Below are positions 25,001 through 34,500 of a DNA stretch of 64,000 bases, piece by piece. Below the pieces are notes generated by a model. That model saw only the letters and a program-made list of their open reading frames with translations. It searched no databases and had not been told where the DNA came from. The stretch comes from Thermoplasmatota archaeon (GTDB lineage Archaea > Thermoplasmatota > JAKEGO01): contig JANQNK010000004.1 of NCBI GenBank assembly GCA_028279595.1, positions 160,001 through 224,000 of the forward strand, given 5' to 3'. Each line of letters starts with the position of its first letter. Within the stretch, counting starts at the first letter, position 1. The translations under genes and the position numbers were made by a program.

Positions 25001-28000
25001 ATGGAAGATGCCGTAATAACCAACGCCGACGTTCTTCAGCCAGACGACCTCCCCTGAGGGATTGATACTTGGCATGGTGTCATTGTATTGATCATCGGTA
25101 AGATAATCGATCCTGTCCAGATCGCCTTTGATACCTACGTTGTTCGAGGCCACGAGGTTGTTGGTGATCCGGTTCGAGCTAGAACCTCTGAGGATCGACA
25201 CGCCGTCCCCCTCCCCGGAATGGATCGTGTTGTTGGTGATGGTGTTGTTCCATGCTGCGAACAGCTTGATCCCTGACTCGCCGAATGATGAGATATTGTT
25301 GTGTTCTATCAGGTTACTCGAAGATGTATCGATGTAGATCCCGAACTCGGAATTACCGTTCAGATGGTTCTGGGTGATCAGATTATGCCTTGAACTCGTG
25401 GAAAGTTTGATCCCTCCAACGTTGTCCGATGCATTGTTACGGTAGACAATTGTGTGGTTCATCTCCCAGAGATGGACCCCCGAAAGGGAATTTCCGAAAA
25501 GGGTGTTTTCCGAGATGTTGATCCCATTGCAGAAGTGGACGGATATCCCGGCCCGGTTTCGACCCATGGTGTTGTTCATGATCGTGATGTTGTTCCCTTC
25601 GTTGGAACCGATACCAGAGTTACCGTTGAAGTATCCCTCGTTATCGGCGATCGTGATGTTGTCTGAACCACTGGAGTATATTCCATCATAGTAGTTCTCG
25701 GTACAATTGTTGTCAGATATCGTGATGTTATGGGTCACGAAGATACCTATGCCCCACCAGCTACCGATCGCCGTGTTGTTGATCAGATCGGTGTGGTTCG
25801 CGTATGCCAGGGTGATGCCATAGAAGTAATTGTCAGTGACAATATTGTCTTCGATACTGTTATTCTCACATATGCGCACATTTATCCCATAGCCATCGTT
25901 CGAACCCAACTGGTTCCCACGTACGGTATTGTTCGAGGAAGCAAGATGGATCCCGTGACCAACGTTCCAGTTGACGATGTTGTCAGAGATCTCGAGATGG
26001 TGCGACGATTCGCGCACGTGGATCCCATCACCGCTTGAAGAGAGGATCGTATTGCCATCGATGTCGTTGTAGGGCGATTCATCCAGATCCACCCCATAAC
26101 CCGAATTGTTGTTCAGGTAGTTTCCAGATAATGTGTTGTTGCTGGAACGGATGGTTAGGTTGATAGCGGTTTCGGAATTTGACCATAGGTCATTATCAGC
26201 GATGGTGTTCTCGCTGACGAAAGCGAGATAAATCCCGTTGCTGTTACCACTCACGTTGTTGCCAGATATCAAGTTGCCGAAGCAGTTAGTGGAAAGAGAG
26301 ATGCCGTCATTTTTATTGGAAAGGACTGTATTGTTGACGATGGTTCCGTTGCTGCATGTATTCAGATATATGCCATCATCGTCATTCGAGGAGATATCGT
26401 TCCACATGATGTTGGTGTCTGAAAAGTATAGGAGGATACCGACATTGTTCGAATTCACAGTATTGTTCAGTATGTAAATGTCAGATGCGTGCCACAAGTG
26501 GATCCCGTGGTCTCCGTTCGAGCTGATATCGTTGTTCGTGATATTGTTCCGGTCACAGGATGTCATGACATAGATGCCTTTTTCGATGTTCGAACCCACG
26601 GTGTTGTTGATGATGGTATTGTTCGTGGAACCGAACATCATGTAGATGCCGTGTTGTTTGCTCTCATTGATCGTGTTGTTGGAGATCACGTTCCAGGAAG
26701 CATTGATGAGGTATATGCCATGACGTTGATTGACGCTCACATTGTTGTTGATGATCGTGTTGTTGACGGAATCGGAGACATGGATGCCGTCATCACCGTT
26801 CGCGTTCCAGGTATTGTTATCGATGGTGTTGTTGTTCGATCCATCTAGCCATATGCCAACACCGCCCCCTACGCTCGCACCGTTGTCTCGTATCTCGTTG
26901 TCGTGTGAGTTCTCGATATAGACTCCCATCCAGTTGATGTTCGCTGTGTTGTTTTGAACTGTAATGCGCTCGCACCATGAGAGCTCTATCCCTCTCCGAT
27001 TCCCCATTGCGCTGTTCCAACCAATGACAACCTCGGTCGAGTTGTCCACCGATATACCTGACCTATGCATACCCACATTGTTGTCGAAGACATCGATATC
27101 GGTTGAATATCCGATGATGATCCCTCTCACGTTCGCTGTGACGCTATTGTTGTAAAGGTCGGCGTCTTCAGTATCATTGAGATAGATGCCCATTCCATTG
27201 TAGAACACCATGTTGTCGGAGACGTTCACATCGGTCGAGTTCAACATGCGTATAGCCCACTGAGAGTAGAGCACAAGGTTCCCGCTCACGAAGTGGCCGG
27301 TGCCCCCGGGTACATCGATCGCTGTCCTGTTCCCGCTGAAAGTCGAGTTGATGATCCTGGCTGAGTCACCGACGACCCGCAATGCCAGCTTGCTGCCGGT
27401 TATCTCAGAGTCCTCGACGGTCAGATTATCACCCTGGACCCTCACTCCAATGTCGGCAGCCAGGCTGTCGAGGAAATAGACATCGTATACGCCTGATCTA
27501 TTGTCCACCCACACCACATCGTCATTGTTGTTGATCTTGTGATACCAGCCATGGGAATTCGCCGCCGAGACGTTGACGACAGAGTTGCCGTCCCACACAC
27601 GGATGACGGCTGTCGTTGTGGTGTACTCCCTCCACGCGATCCGTCCATTGTCGTTCAGGATCGGTTCTTGAAGATTGGGCCCATACGTGGTGATGATGGA
27701 GGTGGAATAGTCACCGTTCCAGTACATGATATCGGATATATCGGGAGCCATCCACGCCCGCCATGCCACCTCTCCGTTGTTGTTGATGCTGGGATTGAGG
27801 TTGAGGATGCCGTTGGCACTGATGTTGCGGACCGAGTTCCCATCCCAGAGCCAGATCTGATAGATAGTGCTGTAGTCATCCCTCCAGACGACCTGGCCGG
27901 CATCATTCAAATCGATCTGGCTATCATGTTCGGTCGATTTTCCCATGATCCGTATTGAGGTGCCATTCCACAGGAACACGTCGTTGCTGGCATTGTTCAT

Positions 28001-28810
28001 CCCGATCCAAGCGACATCGCCTCGGTTATTGATCAAGATCTCTTCTATATTGCTCGATGAGTTCCAGAGCTCGATCGTGTCCGATCCGTTCCAAAGCATG
28101 ACGCGGAAGAGTGTATCGTAGGCGATCCAGGCCACCCAACCATCGTCGTTTATGTGCGGATGGTCGTCCCAGCGGCTGTCGTTCGTGAGCCTGGTCGTGA
28201 TACCGTCATCCCACATGAAGACCTCGGTGGTTCCGTTCACCCAGCCCCTCCAGACTATCGTACCGTGGGAGTTGACATCGGGTATCTCATCGTGATTCGA
28301 CCTATTGGTCAATTGCATGGTCTCATTGAGGTCCCAATAGAAGATCTCGTACAACGGGGCAGGTGCGACCCAGGCAGTCTGTCCCTTGTCGTTCATATCG
28401 AGTTCCTTCTCGGACTGGTTGCTGTTGCTGAGTCTGATAGCGTTCGCGGGATTGAATATGCTTGCCCTCCGAACGAAGCTTCCCGAGAAGTTCAATCCGA
28501 TGAGCGTGACGTTGTCAGCCTCGATCGACATCGTGTACTCCTTGTATGCGGGATAGACGATGGTATCCGTGGTACCGTTCCCGGTCAGCGTCAACGTCTT
28601 GTTCAGAACCAGGGATTCGGTATAGGTTCCCGCATACACCATGACGGTGTCGTTGACGCTTGCCGCGTCGATCGCATCCTGTATGCTGGCGTAGTCCGCT
28701 CCAGCCCAGTTGTCATCCACCACGATCGTGGCCGCGTTCGTCGGGCTCAGTGCGATAACGGTCAGTACCATTACAAATAACGAGATAGCAGCTGCTGTAC
28801 CCCATTTCAT
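22025..28810 (-). CDS. Giant membrane-anchored surface protein: NosD/CASH beta-helix, two 8-repeat propeller-like inserts, Ig-like domain, coiled-coil stalk, TM and acidic tail
   Basis: Signal peptide; YASIQDAIDAA; many N-x-I-x-N-N/GI repeats; 2x8 INxxGxVxW repeats; GGNHWDDY...IGDTPY motif; TM ILLIIVIILLLIILL. Confidence 0.85.
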   Translation of the reverse strand: MKWGTAAAISLFVMVLTVIALSPTNAATIVVDDNWAGADYASIQDAIDAASVNDTVMVYAGTYTESLVLNKTLTLTGNGTTDTIVYPAYKEYTMSIEADNVTLIGLNFSGSFVRRASIFNPANAIRLSNSNQSEKELDMNDKGQTAWVAPAPLYEIFYWDLNETMQLTNRSNHDEIPDVNSHGTIVWRGWVNGTTEVFMWDDGITTRLTNDSRWDDHPHINDDGWVAWIAYDTLFRVMLWNGSDTIELWNSSSNIEEILINNRGDVAWIGMNNASNDVFLWNGTSIRIMGKSTEHDSQIDLNDAGQVVWRDDYSTIYQIWLWDGNSVRNISANGILNLNPSINNNGEVAWRAWMAPDISDIMYWNGDYSTSIITTYGPNLQEPILNDNGRIAWREYTTTTAVIRVWDGNSVVNVSAANSHGWYHKINNNDDVVWVDNRSGVYDVYFLDSLAADIGVRVQGDNLTVEDSEITGSKLALRVVGDSARIINSTFSGNRTAIDVPGGTGHFVSGNLVLYSQWAIRMLNSTDVNVSDNMVFYNGMGIYLNDTEDADLYNNSVTANVRGIIIGYSTDIDVFDNNVGMHRSGISVDNSTEVVIGWNSAMGNRRGIELSWCERITVQNNTANINWMGVYIENSHDNEIRDNGASVGGGVGIWLDGSNNNTIDNNTWNANGDDGIHVSDSVNNTIINNNVSVNQRHGIYLINASWNVISNNTINESKQHGIYMMFGSTNNTIINNTVGSNIEKGIYVMTSCDRNNITNNDISSNGDHGIHLWHASDIYILNNTVNSNNVGILLYFSDTNIMWNDISSNDDDGIYLNTCSNGTIVNNTVLSNKNDGISLSTNCFGNLISGNNVSGNSNGIYLAFVSENTIADNDLWSNSETAINLTIRSSNNTLSGNYLNNNSGYGVDLDESPYNDIDGNTILSSSGDGIHVRESSHHLEISDNIVNWNVGHGIHLASSNNTVRGNQLGSNDGYGINVRICENNSIEDNIVTDNYFYGITLAYANHTDLINNTAIGSWWGIGIFVTHNITISDNNCTENYYDGIYSSGSDNITIADNEGYFNGNSGIGSNEGNNITIMNNTMGRNRAGISVHFCNGINISENTLFGNSLSGVHLWEMNHTIVYRNNASDNVGGIKLSTSSRHNLITQNHLNGNSEFGIYIDTSSSNLIEHNNISSFGESGIKLFAAWNNTITNNTIHSGEGDGVSILRGSSSNRITNNLVASNNVGIKGDLDRIDYLTDDQYNDTMPSINPSGEVVWLKNVGVGYYGIFHWNGSTADPLVGVQTDSPPQINARGEVLWVKWNGYDYDIYVWDGENTQNISANPYNDSRPQINSAGEVAWVGNDGNDEEIYFWDGISVTNVSNNSRHDTDPQINSAGDIVWSSRSGNNTDLFLWNGTGTLQLTNDSFAEINHRINDAGQVVWQASDGNYDQIFFWNGSAVIQVTDGTGGGYNPSLNDAGEITWYGSDGSDLEIYFWNGKKVKQISDNTFIDASPKINSAGEIVWMGNDGDGWEIFLWRGSRVEQLTDNNLSDQSPRINNAGQIVWGRFEDGDYEICMWGPDVGENTIIYNEIRDNDIGIQFLNQSGNMVYHNEFFDNAIGAYQTARNIWNLSYPSGGNHWDDYPGGDYLSGPDQDISGGDTIGDTPYVFHGGQDVYPLVLKLDEPPSGKIAITSHSNGDYIEGMEVFEVVTTWAVSEVRLYLDGTYVGSDPVSPYRYLVNTSGFTEDSKVPLRVDAVLDIGGIVSVSIDLYVNNQVMAGDYLLVDALRSTYKPDDTATITIGTVAAPSYDNLELVVSYTDPNGTTLEAHKSGLSINTTHIIGLPIYSHAPLGMYNVTVEAFGYNGTSLIWNSTNWTYFEVTKKGRADELQDIDDQLAYLNQTILDLRTYIEGMNASVGMDLGEILGNLTTVVSRLDVVDASISDLDAALGGLNTSLTGLLDGLSTDIDVVGSSISSRLAQTEVNLTAFMAMMNNSLAAEIASLNVSGQADLQLWLETVLGQLEQNLSSANMSLHQALGDLDTLLTSSYADLDTSLTALAADLEQHAEDQGNVSADLLSDIATLSSLLDSLDTESLTNISIVLGDMSTGFAETDANITSIMASIGALEAEIETRLDEINTSLAGISNVETILTELEDLDDAIEAMSDDIAGVSDDDDDGGDPNTILLIIVIILLLIILLNQMLGRPFWTKEPSEEPEGSEPEDDEEPETDDPDSEEQEPEPEPEEEVKEDPEPEEGSEDQEPKSGPDDEMKEGDEDPEDQKEP

Positions 28811-28912
28811 TCTAAGTCACCTCGGGGAATGACATCAAAGGAACTCTATTTAGTGATATCTGTGTCTGGGGTTGTGGGAATTGAGAACATTCTCAATGGA
28901 AGCGATAATGGC

Positions 28913-29341
28913 TCACTTCTTTGCTTCGGCGTCGTCGATCTCCTGCTTGAGCCACGACTCGACGTCCCCGCCGTGCACCAGTCCGTCGATCTCGTCCTCG
29001 TCGGAGGGTTCGAGCTTCATGATCCAGCCTTCACCGTATGGATCCGTGTTGATGAGCGTCGGGTCGTCCTCCAGGTCCTCGTTCACCTCGAGGACCTCAC
29101 CTGACAATGGTGCGACGAACTTGCCCACCCACTTCGCGGACTGGATCTTCCCGCAGGTCTCTCCGGCCTCGACGTCGTCGCCCTCGAAGGGAAGGTCTAT
29201 GTACGTGGTGTCCCCGGCGGTCTTCTGGTAGAAGTCGTTCATGCCAATGGTCACGTTGCCGTCGTCCTCCTTCCTGACCCACGCGTGCTCTCCGTGGTAG
29301 TACAGCTCATCGGGCATGTCGTATCCGTGGTAAACCGCCAT
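28913..29341 (-). CDS. gcvH: Lipoyl-carrier protein, GcvH/LbpA-like
   Basis: YYHGEHAWVR, lipoyl-Lys motif IQSAKWVG..APLSGEVLEVN, INTDPYGEGWI; GAGGTG RBS. Confidence 0.9.
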   Translation of the reverse strand: MAVYHGYDMPDELYYHGEHAWVRKEDDGNVTIGMNDFYQKTAGDTTYIDLPFEGDDVEAGETCGKIQSAKWVGKFVAPLSGEVLEVNEDLEDDPTLINTDPYGEGWIMKLEPSDEDEIDGLVHGGDVESWLKQEIDDAEAKK

Positions 29342-29401
29342 TTGAACACCTCATACTATTTCTACGGACTTGAATTGATAAACGTTGTTTTAAGGCTTTT
29401 C

Positions 29402-29839
29402 CTAGGTTGTGCCGTCGTCCACAACGACGGTCGGTTCGATGATAACGTCAGACCTGACGGATTTGAAGACAAGACAGTAATCCCGTATGTCGACGAGGCA
29501 CTTCTCGACCTTCTGGCGGTCTGATTCCTCGGCGATCGTGATGACCGGGCGCACAACAACTTGCGTGAACCTTAGCGAACCCTCGGACATCGTGGCCAGT
29601 CCTTCGGCCTCGCTCTCGTATGAGACAAGTCGGATGCGCCGTTTCTCAGCGAGCCACAGGAAGGTCGACATGGTGCAGTGCTCGACCGATGCGACGAATA
29701 GGTCCTCCGGGTTCCAGTAACCTTCGTGGCCGCCGAACTCGGGTCCGCAGGCGACCTCAAGGTTTGGCTTTCCCTCGCTGCCGAGGACCCCTTTCCGCTC
29801 GCCGGTCCACCTCAACCGGGTCCGGTAGGTGTACTCCAT
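29402..29839 (-). CDS. OsmC/Ohr-family protein
   Basis: PEFGG...WNPEDLFVASVEHC.MSTF with a second Cys in YCLVFKS. Confidence 0.85.
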   Translation of the reverse strand: MEYTYRTRLRWTGERKGVLGSEGKPNLEVACGPEFGGHEGYWNPEDLFVASVEHCTMSTFLWLAEKRRIRLVSYESEAEGLATMSEGSLRFTQVVVRPVITIAEESDRQKVEKCLVDIRDYCLVFKSVRSDVIIEPTVVVDDGTT

Positions 29840-29850
29840 CCGCTCTCCCT

Positions 29851-31092
29851 TCACACTATCTCCTCCAGGACGGGCACGGTCCATGTCCCGTTCGGCATGA
29901 TGATGACGCTGGGTTCCTTCCCGCGGGAACGCATCGTCGCCATGGCCTCATCGACAGCGGCCTGAATATCGGTAAAGGGCCTCAGGTGCGCCTTGGTGAT
30001 GAGCTCATCGTCGACGCCCATGACGGTCCATATCTCGGCCCATTGAAGCGTTTGCATGATCCTCAGCGCCTTGTGGTCGCCCAGATGATATCCCCCGGAG
30101 ATGCTGGCCTCGACGTCGTCCAGGCTCTCGATCCCGTGGAGGAAACGTAGGAACGCGTCGTTGCCGACACCGTTCCTGCAGGCAGAGACCCAGATGATGA
30201 TGCCGCCCTCGTTCAGGACCAGTTTACCGTTCTCCAGCGCGTGCTGCGACTGGTACATCTCGAGGTCCTTGGGCGGGGGGACGCAGGTGACGACTATGTC
30301 AGCCTTCCTCGTGACAGGGACGCACTGTAGCGCCATGGCATCCCTGGCAGCAGCTTCGAAGGCTCCGACGATATCGCCGCCGTGTGCAGGAAGAACGCGC
30401 TTCTCGCTGTCGAGGACGAGCTGCATGGTGAATATCCTCTCCGTCCGGAGGAACGACACTGCCTCGGCCATGTCCTCGTGGATAGGGTTCCTGACCAGCG
30501 CGGCTGGTTTCGAGCCGTCGGTCACGGCCAGAGAATGGTTCGCCTCGATCGTCTTGAACCCGGCGATGCCTGGCAGGAAAGACTTCCGCCCTCCGGAGAA
30601 CCCGGCGAAGTAATGGGGCTCGACGCTATTGATCGTTATTATCCTCTCAGCGTCGACCGCTAACTTGTTGAAAGTTACCGGTGTCCCACGGGTGGTTGTC
30701 CCGACCGAAACCAGCTTGCTTTCGTCGCGCGCGTCGTGCACCTCGATCATGTCGCGAAAGCGATCCAGGTGACGTCCGAATATCGTCCGGAGCTGCTCCT
30801 CCGTCGGAGAACGATGTGTTCCGGTGGCCACCAGGAATGTCAACTCGGGTCCGCCGTCAAGGAAAGGGACCACGGAATCCAGCACCTCGGCCGTTGGGGT
30901 AGCCCTTGTAGCATCGTTGACTATGATGAGGACGTTCTGTGCACCTTCCACGAACTCCTCCATCGAAGGTCCGTCGTCGGGCGGTTCCGTCAGAGGAAGC
31001 GAGGACGCATCGTTGGGATGGATGACCTCGCACTCTGCAACTACGCTGATCGTGATCGTCTCTCCGCCGTAATCGATGTCGACGGTCCTCAT
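29851..31092 (-). CDS. larA: LarA-family nickel-pincer 2-hydroxyacid racemase/epimerase (copy 1)
   Basis: DATRATP, ATGTHR, EPHYFAGFSGGRKS, NH, NPIHEDM. Confidence 0.88.
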   Translation of the reverse strand: MRTVDIDYGGETITISVVAECEVIHPNDASSLPLTEPPDDGPSMEEFVEGAQNVLIIVNDATRATPTAEVLDSVVPFLDGGPELTFLVATGTHRSPTEEQLRTIFGRHLDRFRDMIEVHDARDESKLVSVGTTTRGTPVTFNKLAVDAERIITINSVEPHYFAGFSGGRKSFLPGIAGFKTIEANHSLAVTDGSKPAALVRNPIHEDMAEAVSFLRTERIFTMQLVLDSEKRVLPAHGGDIVGAFEAAARDAMALQCVPVTRKADIVVTCVPPPKDLEMYQSQHALENGKLVLNEGGIIIWVSACRNGVGNDAFLRFLHGIESLDDVEASISGGYHLGDHKALRIMQTLQWAEIWTVMGVDDELITKAHLRPFTDIQAAVDEAMATMRSRGKEPSVIIMPNGTWTVPVLEEIV

Positions 31093-31134
31093 CACGATTA
31101 GGAATGTAAGGATGTTATTTCATACATCCGGTGC

Positions 31135-32064
31135 TCAGAACTCCGGGACCATCTCCTTGACTTCCTGGTACGTGAAGACAGGGCCGTGCTTGCACACGTA
31201 GATGTCGCCGATGTTGCAGCGGCCGCACTTGCCTATGCCGCACTTCATCCTGTTCTCCAGGGTCGTGTAGATCTGGTCCGAGGACCAGCCGAGCTTCTCG
31301 AGGGCCTGGGTGATGAACTTGATGGCGATCGGAGGTCCACACGTGACGACGATGGAGTTCTCCGGTGACGGCTTGACCACCTCGACCAGCTGCGGTACGA
31401 AACAGGTGAACCTGTTCTGTCCGGCAGGTATCTCGGTGTCGCCTGGCGACTTCATGTTTATCGCCGGCCAGTCCTCGTGGGACGCCGCCTCGATCGGGCC
31501 GTCGGGTCCGAACTTCCAGTCGATGCAGAGCCAGAGGTCCAGGTCGTCGCGGGCCTCGATCTCCTTGAACTCCTCCTTGTAGGCCAGGTCCGCCGGTGTC
31601 CTGGCGCCGTAGATGAGCGTGACATCGCCGTAATCCTTCCTGTGATCGGGATGGAGCACCCACTGGTAGACGCTCCTGACCGGGGAGATGCCGATACCGG
31701 CACCGATGAAGACCATGTTCTTGCCCTTCCAGTCGTCCACGGGGAAGTCGTTGCCATAGGGACCTCTCAGTCCGACCTTGTCGCCGACATCGAGCTCGTG
31801 GAGCTTTCCAGTGACGTTGCCAACCCGCATCGCCGAGACCTCGACTATTCCGTCGGTGTTCGGGAAAGAGGATATCGCGAAGACGCTCTCGCCGGTGCCG
31901 AAGTGGCTGACGATGCAGAACTGGCCCGGCTTGTGGAGGAAGTCCTCGCGCTCGGACTCGTCGTCGATCTGCATCTTGAACGTCCGTATCGGACGGCCGC
32001 CGCCGGCCTCAAGCTGGATGTCCAGCACAGTTGCCGTGACCGGCTTGTAGATGTTGTCGGTCAT
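31135..32064 (-). CDS. flxA: FlxA-like NAD(P)H:flavin oxidoreductase with [2Fe-2S] (AsrB/hydrogenase gamma family)
   Basis: PGQF, LRGPYGN, FIGAGIGISP, CGPP, MKCGIGKCGRC...VCKHGPVF; last gene of the hdrA-flxDCBA order. Confidence 0.85.
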   Translation of the reverse strand: MTDNIYKPVTATVLDIQLEAGGGRPIRTFKMQIDDESEREDFLHKPGQFCIVSHFGTGESVFAISSFPNTDGIVEVSAMRVGNVTGKLHELDVGDKVGLRGPYGNDFPVDDWKGKNMVFIGAGIGISPVRSVYQWVLHPDHRKDYGDVTLIYGARTPADLAYKEEFKEIEARDDLDLWLCIDWKFGPDGPIEAASHEDWPAINMKSPGDTEIPAGQNRFTCFVPQLVEVVKPSPENSIVVTCGPPIAIKFITQALEKLGWSSDQIYTTLENRMKCGIGKCGRCNIGDIYVCKHGPVFTYQEVKEMVPEF

Positions 32065-32065
32065 T

Positions 32066-33130
32066 TCATGCAGCCTCCTCGCCCTTCGCGTCGGCATCCT
32101 TCTCCATGCACGCTCGCGCGACAGCGCCCTCCGTCACATCGATGATGTCGATGTTCACGGGACAGGCGGATATGCACCTGCCGCAGCCGACGCAGCCTAT
32201 CACGCCGAGGTTGTTGTCGATGTAGAGGAACTTGTGGTACATCCTGTTCCGCTGCCTCATGCGCTTCGCCGGCCTCGGGTTGTGCCCCGATGCGTGGGAT
32301 GAGTAGTACTCGAACTGGCAGGAGTCCCAGGTCCGCTCGCGCCGTCCCTCGCCCTGCTTCACGACGTCGTTGATGTCGAAGCAGTGGCAGGTCGGACAGA
32401 GCAGGGTGCACATGCCGCATCCGATGCAGCTGGCCGAGATATCCTCCCAGTACTTGCTTTCGAAGAGACAGCGGAGGGATTCCGCCACCTCGGCCCTGTC
32501 GAAAGTGCGTGTGATCGCCTTCACGGCGTTCTCCTTGACCTCCTCGGCAGACGACTCATCGTCCGAGACGGCCTCTACGAAGAGGTTCCCGCCAAGCTCG
32601 ATCAGGGCCTCGCCCTTCTCGGTGACGCTCTCGACGAAGTACCTGTCACCCAGGTCGGTCCAGAGGCTGTCGACCCCTTCCGTTCCGGAGGGGCTCCCCT
32701 CGATGGAGGTGCAGAAGCAGTTCTCATCGGGTTTCTGGCCCGAGCACGTTAGCGCGATCGTCGTCGCTCTCTCGCGCCTGTCAACGAAGTAAGGGTCGAT
32801 GTAGTCCCAGGTGAAGAGCTTGTCCAGGAGCGTGAACGCCTTGGCGTCGCATGGACGCACGCCGAACACCACGAGCGGCTTGCTCGCCCGCTGCGGCTCC
32901 TCCGCGCCTACGAAACGCGCTCCGTCGCGCTTGAACTCGAACATCGTCTCGGTCTGGGGGAAGAAGACGGACTTCGGAGGGACCTGCGAGTTGCCGAACT
33001 CGAGATCGGGAGCGGAATCGAGCTTCTTGTAGGTCCAGACCCCGTCGACCTCCACCGGTCCGTAGACCTCATGCTCCGAGAGCGCCTCGAAGAGGGCGTC
33101 CATCTTGTCCTTTCCAATTGTGTGTGACAT
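32066..33130 (-). CDS. flxB: FlxB-like (AsrA family) 4Fe-4S subunit
   Basis: PPKSVFFP, GVRPCD, CFC, CIGCGMCTLLCPTCHCF, RTWDSC, CVGCGRCISACP. Confidence 0.85.
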   Translation of the reverse strand: MSHTIGKDKMDALFEALSEHEVYGPVEVDGVWTYKKLDSAPDLEFGNSQVPPKSVFFPQTETMFEFKRDGARFVGAEEPQRASKPLVVFGVRPCDAKAFTLLDKLFTWDYIDPYFVDRRERATTIALTCSGQKPDENCFCTSIEGSPSGTEGVDSLWTDLGDRYFVESVTEKGEALIELGGNLFVEAVSDDESSAEEVKENAVKAITRTFDRAEVAESLRCLFESKYWEDISASCIGCGMCTLLCPTCHCFDINDVVKQGEGRRERTWDSCQFEYYSSHASGHNPRPAKRMRQRNRMYHKFLYIDNNLGVIGCVGCGRCISACPVNIDIIDVTEGAVARACMEKDADAKGEEAA

Positions 33131-33142
33131 GTTTGGTGCCTC

Positions 33143-34063
33143 CTACCAGATGAAATCCTCCGGGTCGGCCGTGTCGCACGTCCCGAACATGCTGTCGTCC
33201 TCGGGATCGACCCCCGCCTCTACGTCGTAGCGTTCCTTCGCCTTCCACTCCAGGTACCTGTTGATCTTCCTGATGGGGATGTCCACGGGGCAGACGCGCT
33301 CGCACTCGCCGCAGTCGACGCAGCGGCCGGCGAGATGCATCGCCCTCACGAGGTGGTAGAACGTGTTCTCGGGCAATTGCACCGACTTCTCGTTCCACCT
33401 GTAGGGCTTCTCGCGGTCGAACACGCACTCCTCGCAGTAGCACAGCGGGCACGCCTCGCGGCATCCGTAGCACCGGACGCACCTCTCGAGCTGGCGCTCC
33501 CAGTACTCCCACCTCTCCTGCGGGGTCATTGCCTCCAACTCGGCCACGTCCGAGTAATCGTCTGTTATCGTTTCAGGGACCGCCTCGCCGCAGACGACGT
33601 CTGCGATCAGTGGATTGTGATGCGTGCATACGAGGCATTTACCGGCGATGTTCTCATCGGTCACCGCGGGCGGCTGCTTTTCGGACCCGTCCACCTTCTT
33701 GGTGTCGCAGACGCCCTCGCATGTGACCCCGATGATCTTGACGCGCTCCCGTGCGACGATGTTCTCCTTCATGAGCTCGACGATGGTCTTCGAGTCGCAC
33801 GGCTTGACGACGATGCCGATCGGCGTCGTGTCGAGCTCCTCGCCACGTCCGGGTCTGGTCTGCATCTCCTCCACGAGGAAGAGCGTCAGGTTGTTGACGC
33901 ACATGGAGTTCCATACAAGCTTGTCAGCGTCTTCCGGTCTCCGGACGAAGGCGACCTTCGTGCCTGCGCGGCGGCCCTGTTCGAACCCGACGACGTACTT
34001 GACCTCTCCGGACTCGAGCCATCCGCGTGCGGTGTCCTGGATCTGGCCCTGGCGGTCCGTCAT
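33143..34063 (-). CDS. flxC: FlxC-like 4Fe-4S subunit
   Basis: True start is ATG 34063, overlapping the flxD stop (ATGA). [40 protein letters not shown]. Confidence 0.85.
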   Translation of the reverse strand: MTDRQGQIQDTARGWLESGEVKYVVGFEQGRRAGTKVAFVRRPEDADKLVWNSMCVNNLTLFLVEEMQTRPGRGEELDTTPIGIVVKPCDSKTIVELMKENIVARERVKIIGVTCEGVCDTKKVDGSEKQPPAVTDENIAGKCLVCTHHNPLIADVVCGEAVPETITDDYSDVAELEAMTPQERWEYWERQLERCVRCYGCREACPLCYCEECVFDREKPYRWNEKSVQLPENTFYHLVRAMHLAGRCVDCGECERVCPVDIPIRKINRYLEWKAKERYDVEAGVDPEDDSMFGTCDTADPEDFIW

Positions 34064-34500
34064 TGGCCACCACCTCCGGCCATCTTGGTCTGGGGGCCAA
34101 GCTCCCTGACCTGTTCCGTGAACTTGGTGACCACTTCCGCGAACTTGTGGCCCTCGGATGCCGAGACCCACGAGAGCTGGAACCGACCTGGATCGATGCC
34201 CATGTGGTCCATCAGGTCGTGCAGCAATGTCAGCTTTCGCCTCGCATGATAGTTGCCCTTGATGTAGTGGCAGTCGCCCGGATGACATCCGGAGACGAGC
34301 ACACCGTCCGCTCCCTCCTGGAACGCTTTCAGAATGAACTGGGGATTGACCCGGCCAGAGCACATCACCTTGATGATGCGGATGTTGGACGGATACTGCA
34401 GCCTGGACGTCCCTGCGAGGTCGGCGCCCGTGTAGCTGCACCAGTTGCACAGGAATCCCAGGATCTTCGGCTCGAAATCGTTCTTCGCGTCGTCAGCCAT
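34060..34500 (-). CDS. flxD: MvhD/FlxD [2Fe-2S] subunit
   Basis: [34 protein letters not shown]. Confidence 0.92.
   Translation of the reverse strand: MADDAKNDFEPKILGFLCNWCSYTGADLAGTSRLQYPSNIRIIKVMCSGRVNPQFILKAFQEGADGVLVSGCHPGDCHYIKGNYHARRKLTLLHDLMDHMGIDPGRFQLSWVSASEGHKFAEVVTKFTEQVRELGPQTKMAGGGGQ

Noticed and set aside
28913-29341. Glycine cleavage system
   Set aside because: No gcvP, gcvT or lpd in the window and the lipoyl motif is atypical, though the genes could lie elsewhere in the genome.
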